This document shows, in pieces, positions 60,693 to 64,000 of a DNA stretch of 64,000 bases. Source of the stretch: an uncultured Thermus sp. (GTDB lineage: Bacteria; Deinococcota; Deinococci; Deinococcales; Thermaceae); assembly GCA_947085095.1 (NCBI GenBank), contig CAMTVD010000009.1, positions 32,199 to 96,198 of the forward strand, in the 5' to 3' direction. Within the stretch, counting starts at the first letter, position 1; each line of letters opens with the position of its first letter. The notes beneath the pieces are model-generated. The model saw only the letters and a program-made list of their open reading frames with translations, did no database searches and was not told where the DNA came from. Position numbers and translations under genes: made by a program.

Positions 60693-62576
60693 ATGCGCCC
60701 GCTAGCCCTTTCCCTCTTCCTGGGCCTCGCCCTGGCCCAGGGCCTGGTCCTGCCCTTTGAGGGGCCCAGGGGGTACAGCCTGGCCCAGGCCTTCGCCCAA
60801 GGGCTTGGGGCCCCGCCCCCCACCCTCCTCGCCCTCCTCCTCCCCGAGCCCCCCTGGCGGGACGGGTACGAGCTCACGGGGGGGCTTTACTCCCGGGCCG
60901 GGGCCCGCCTGGCCCAGGCCATAACGGGAGCGGACTGGGTCCTCCTGGGTCGGGAGGAGAAAGGGAGCCTGAGGCTCTTCCTGGCCCGGAAGGAAGGGGC
61001 TAAAGAGGGACTTTTCGCCCACCCGGGGGTGGCCTGGCTCTGGCTGGTGCGGGAGGGCCTGGCCCCCAAGTTTAGCACCCTCCCCACGCCCACCGAGGAC
61101 GAAGCCCGCCTCCAGGCCCTAGCCCAGGGGAAGGACCCCGACCCCCTCCACCAGTCGGCCCTGGACCTGCGGGCGGGGCGGGGAGCGGGGCTTTTGCAGG
61201 GGCTTCTCCCCCAGAGGCTTCTCCTCCTTTGGCAGGGGCGGCTTCCCCGGGCCTACGCCTTGATGCGTTTGGTGGCCGAAGGAAAGCGGGAGGAAGCCCT
61301 GAAGCAGACGGAAGCCCTCCTCTCTGGGGACATCCTGGAGCGCACCGCCGCCCACCTGGTGCTCAGGGCCCTCGAGGACCCCCGCTGGCCCACCTCAGCC
61401 CGGGCCCTGAAGGAGGCCTTCCCCGAGCTCCCCCTGGCCTGGGAGGAGGTGAGCTTCGCCGCCTTCCAGGAAGGAAAGGGAGAAGAGGCCAAGGAGGCCC
61501 TCCTCCAGGCCCTGAGGCTCCGCCCCGACTCCTGGCTCTACTGGACCAACCTGGGCTGGGCCCTCTACCTCACGGGGGACCTCCCCCGGGCCATTCTGGC
61601 CTCGGAGCGGGCGGTGCGGCTTTCTCCCAACGCCACCGCCTACTACAACCTGGGCCTCTTCCGCGCCATCTATGGGGACTACCTGGGGGCCAAGGCCGCT
61701 TACGACCGGGCCCTCCGGCTGGACGAGGGGGAGGACTTTGGAGAGGCCCTAAAGGACCTGGAAGCCCGGGGCGAACCCCTCACCCTCTTCTTCCGGGCCT
61801 ATGTGGCCGAGCGGGCGGGGCTTCCCGCCAAGGCGCTCTACCAAGAGTTCCTCAAGGCCCACCCCCAGCACCCCGCCGCCCTCGCCGCCCGAAGGGCCCT
61901 GAACCGCCTGGAAAGGGTTGGACTGGAGCTTTCCGTGGAGAAGCTCACCCTGATCCCCAGCGACCTCGAGGCCCGCCCCTTCCGCGCCGGGGAAGCGGTC
62001 TTTCCCGAGGTGCGCCTACTGGGGAGCCCCTACCTTCCCCGACACGCCCTGGAAACCCTCCTCTTCCAGGAGGGGGTAGCGGTGGACCGGGCGGAAAAAC
62101 CCCTGGGCTTCCCCCCCCTCACCGCGGGCCTAAAGGAGGTGGCCCCCGCCCTCACCCTGCCCAAGCCTGGGCGGTACACCCTGGAGGTCCGCTACGGCGA
62201 GGCCAAGGCCCGGATCCCCCTGGAGGTGGGCCCGCCCAGCCTGGCCCGGGGGCTTTACGCCCTGGGCCTCATTCCCCGGGACCTCTCGGAAAAGCCCCTC
62301 CTCACCCCCAAGGAGGCCCTGGGAGCGGACGGGGAAAGGCTCCTTCTAGAGAGGACCTTACAGGCCCTGAAGGAGGCCGCCCCTCTGGCCACCGCCCCCC
62401 GCCTGACCACCCCCTTGGAAAAGGGCCCCTACAAGGGGCAGAGCGTCCAAGAGCTCCTCAAGGACCCTAGCCCTGACCTGGTGCGCACCTTCTACGAGCA
62501 CGTCCTGGAAAACCCCGAGCTTTTGGCCGAAAACGATGTGGTCAACGCTTTCGTGGCCTGGCTCCTTGGGCTGTAA
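60693..62576 (+). CDS. Secreted tetratricopeptide-repeat protein
   Basis: Signal peptide; TPR motifs (YWTNLGWALY, AYYNLG). Confidence 0.82.
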   Translation: MRPLALSLFLGLALAQGLVLPFEGPRGYSLAQAFAQGLGAPPPTLLALLLPEPPWRDGYELTGGLYSRAGARLAQAITGADWVLLGREEKGSLRLFLARKEGAKEGLFAHPGVAWLWLVREGLAPKFSTLPTPTEDEARLQALAQGKDPDPLHQSALDLRAGRGAGLLQGLLPQRLLLLWQGRLPRAYALMRLVAEGKREEALKQTEALLSGDILERTAAHLVLRALEDPRWPTSARALKEAFPELPLAWEEVSFAAFQEGKGEEAKEALLQALRLRPDSWLYWTNLGWALYLTGDLPRAILASERAVRLSPNATAYYNLGLFRAIYGDYLGAKAAYDRALRLDEGEDFGEALKDLEARGEPLTLFFRAYVAERAGLPAKALYQEFLKAHPQHPAALAARRALNRLERVGLELSVEKLTLIPSDLEARPFRAGEAVFPEVRLLGSPYLPRHALETLLFQEGVAVDRAEKPLGFPPLTAGLKEVAPALTLPKPGRYTLEVRYGEAKARIPLEVGPPSLARGLYALGLIPRDLSEKPLLTPKEALGADGERLLLERTLQALKEAAPLATAPRLTTPLEKGPYKGQSVQELLKDPSPDLVRTFYEHVLENPELLAENDVVNAFVAWLLGL

Positions 62577-62615
62577 CGCTGTAACGAAGGTGTAACGGGC
62601 CCGTCCGCCTACACT
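62572..62615 (+). promoter_or_regulatory. Three TGTAACG direct repeats upstream of a TACACT -10 element
   Basis: TGTAACG at 62572, 62580 and 62591; TACACT at 62610. Confidence 0.5.
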
Positions 62616-62654
62616 AACCTTGGTCTCACGAGACCAGATTGGAGGCGGATTCGG

Positions 62655-63914
62655 ATGGGTATTCCCAGGTATTGGCGTTTAGGTGCTTTGGCGTTGGTGG
62701 CGGCGCTCGGGGCCTGTTCCAGCCCCCAAGGCGTCACGCCCAACATGGTGGCCCCAGGCCCCCGGGACGATGCCGGCGGCGATCCGGTCCAGGCCTGCGG
62801 CGAGGTGGCCCAGGCCCCCATGGGCAAAAACGGCGGGCTCTTGGTTTGGAACACCGCCGACACCCTCTTCGTGCGGCTTTCCGGTGTCCCCCCATACCAG
62901 CTCACGGAAAGCCGCGCCTACGCGGGCACTTCAGCCCCCGGGGGCTGGTGGACCTACCCCCAGAAGGCCGTGCACGACCCCTACGTGAACAGCTTCACCT
63001 ACGCCTTCGCCCTGGCCAGTCTGGGCGTAAACCCCGGAGACACCCTCTACGTGGCGGGCCACGCCTTCCTCCTCACCCCCAGCTACAACTTCGCCCAAGG
63101 CCAAGGCCAGTTGACGTATAAGGTCCAGGCCTGCAAGACTACCCCACCACCACCGGGCAAGGACATCGTGGTCTTCAACGATATCAACCCCTTTGACAAC
63201 ACCGGTATGGGCAACCCCAACAACCAGCTCATGGTGAAGAACCTGGTGAACTACACCACCTCGGGGCCCAGGGGAACGGGCACCAAGGTGCTCCTTGACC
63301 GGGGCCGGAACTCCGTGTGCGGGGGCACCGGCGAGTGCTCCGATGCCAGCCTCTCCACCTTCCGCAGCGTCATCCAGGGCCAGGGCTTCACGATTGAGGA
63401 GCTGAACTCCACCCAGGGCTCCATCACCGCCCTGGCCCCCGAGGTCAAGGTGGTCTTCCTCTGGAACCCCACGGAGACCTTCACCAACGCCGAGATCAAC
63501 GTGCTGAAGCAGTTCGCCAGCGAAGGTGGGCGCGTGGTCTTCGTGGGCGAATGGCAGGGCTACTACGATGCCATCACCCTGGAAAACGATTTCCTAAGCA
63601 AGATGGGCGCCGTGATGACCAACACCGGTCAGGCCGTGGACTGCGGCTACAACACCCTGCCCCAGGCCTCCCTACGCCCCCATCAGATCACCCAGGGCAT
63701 GACCGACGTGACCATCGCCTGCTCCTCGGTGCTGGTCCCGGGGCCCAACGACTACCCCCTCTACTACGACTCCACCAACACCAAGGTGCTCTCCGCCGTG
63801 GCCACCATTGACACCACCCCTCTGCCCCTGGGCTTGGTGGTTCCCCAGCGCACCAGGATCGCCCCCCAGAGCCTAGCCCCCCTCCTGAACCCCCGCTCGT
63901 CCACGGGTTACTAG
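62655..63914 (+). CDS. Hypothetical two-domain lipoprotein
   Basis: Lipobox LGAC, GGAGG SD, Pro-rich linker, C-terminal domain resembling class I GATase-like/DUF4350 fold. Confidence 0.75.
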   Translation: MGIPRYWRLGALALVAALGACSSPQGVTPNMVAPGPRDDAGGDPVQACGEVAQAPMGKNGGLLVWNTADTLFVRLSGVPPYQLTESRAYAGTSAPGGWWTYPQKAVHDPYVNSFTYAFALASLGVNPGDTLYVAGHAFLLTPSYNFAQGQGQLTYKVQACKTTPPPPGKDIVVFNDINPFDNTGMGNPNNQLMVKNLVNYTTSGPRGTGTKVLLDRGRNSVCGGTGECSDASLSTFRSVIQGQGFTIEELNSTQGSITALAPEVKVVFLWNPTETFTNAEINVLKQFASEGGRVVFVGEWQGYYDAITLENDFLSKMGAVMTNTGQAVDCGYNTLPQASLRPHQITQGMTDVTIACSSVLVPGPNDYPLYYDSTNTKVLSAVATIDTTPLPLGLVVPQRTRIAPQSLAPLLNPRSSTGY

Positions 63915-63927
63915 GCCAAAACACCTA

Positions 63928-63956
63928 ACCCCCCGCCCTTGGGCGGGGGGTCTTTT
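63928..63956 (+). terminator. Intrinsic terminator
   Basis: ACCCCCCGCCC..GGGCGGGGGGT-CTTTT. Confidence 0.75.
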
Positions 63957-64000
63957 GGTGGAGCCGACGGGACTCGAACCCGTGACCTCCTGAGTGCGAT
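63956..64000 (-). tRNA. tRNA-Ala(CGC), 3' part; 5' end lies outside the window
   Basis: Minus strand reads T-CGC-AC loop, TCAGG, GGTTCGAGTCC T-arm, CGGCTCC-A-CCA with U70. Confidence 0.88.

Overview
High-GC window that reads as a Thermus chromosome segment (inferred from codon usage, gene set and promoter style). It is mostly core genes: miaB, two tandem isocitrate dehydrogenases, RNase II, truD, uvrC, argS, murE, trmFO, his genes, glpX, a compact class II ribonucleotide reductase, an aldehyde:ferredoxin oxidoreductase, a short archaeal-type (non-discriminating) AspRS, sdhCDAB, iscS/Rrf2, acpP/fabF, dGTPase, lysN and thiL. It also has a HEPN-MNT pair, a phosphatase/phytase-like pair and two tRNAs. 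I found no CRISPR array, transposase or prophage. The strongest unexpected signal is a candidate asparagine-sensing leader-peptide attenuator (MCPRSRNNT plus mutually exclusive hairpins) upstream of the non-discriminating aspS. Other signals: a shared 11-bp-repeat (Pho-box-like) promoter layout ahead of both phosphate-scavenging genes, a poly-G promoter spacer at the speD-like gene, an internally deleted lipoprotein pseudogene, and pervasive leaderless, back-to-back -10-only promoters. All product calls come from motif recognition, not database searches.
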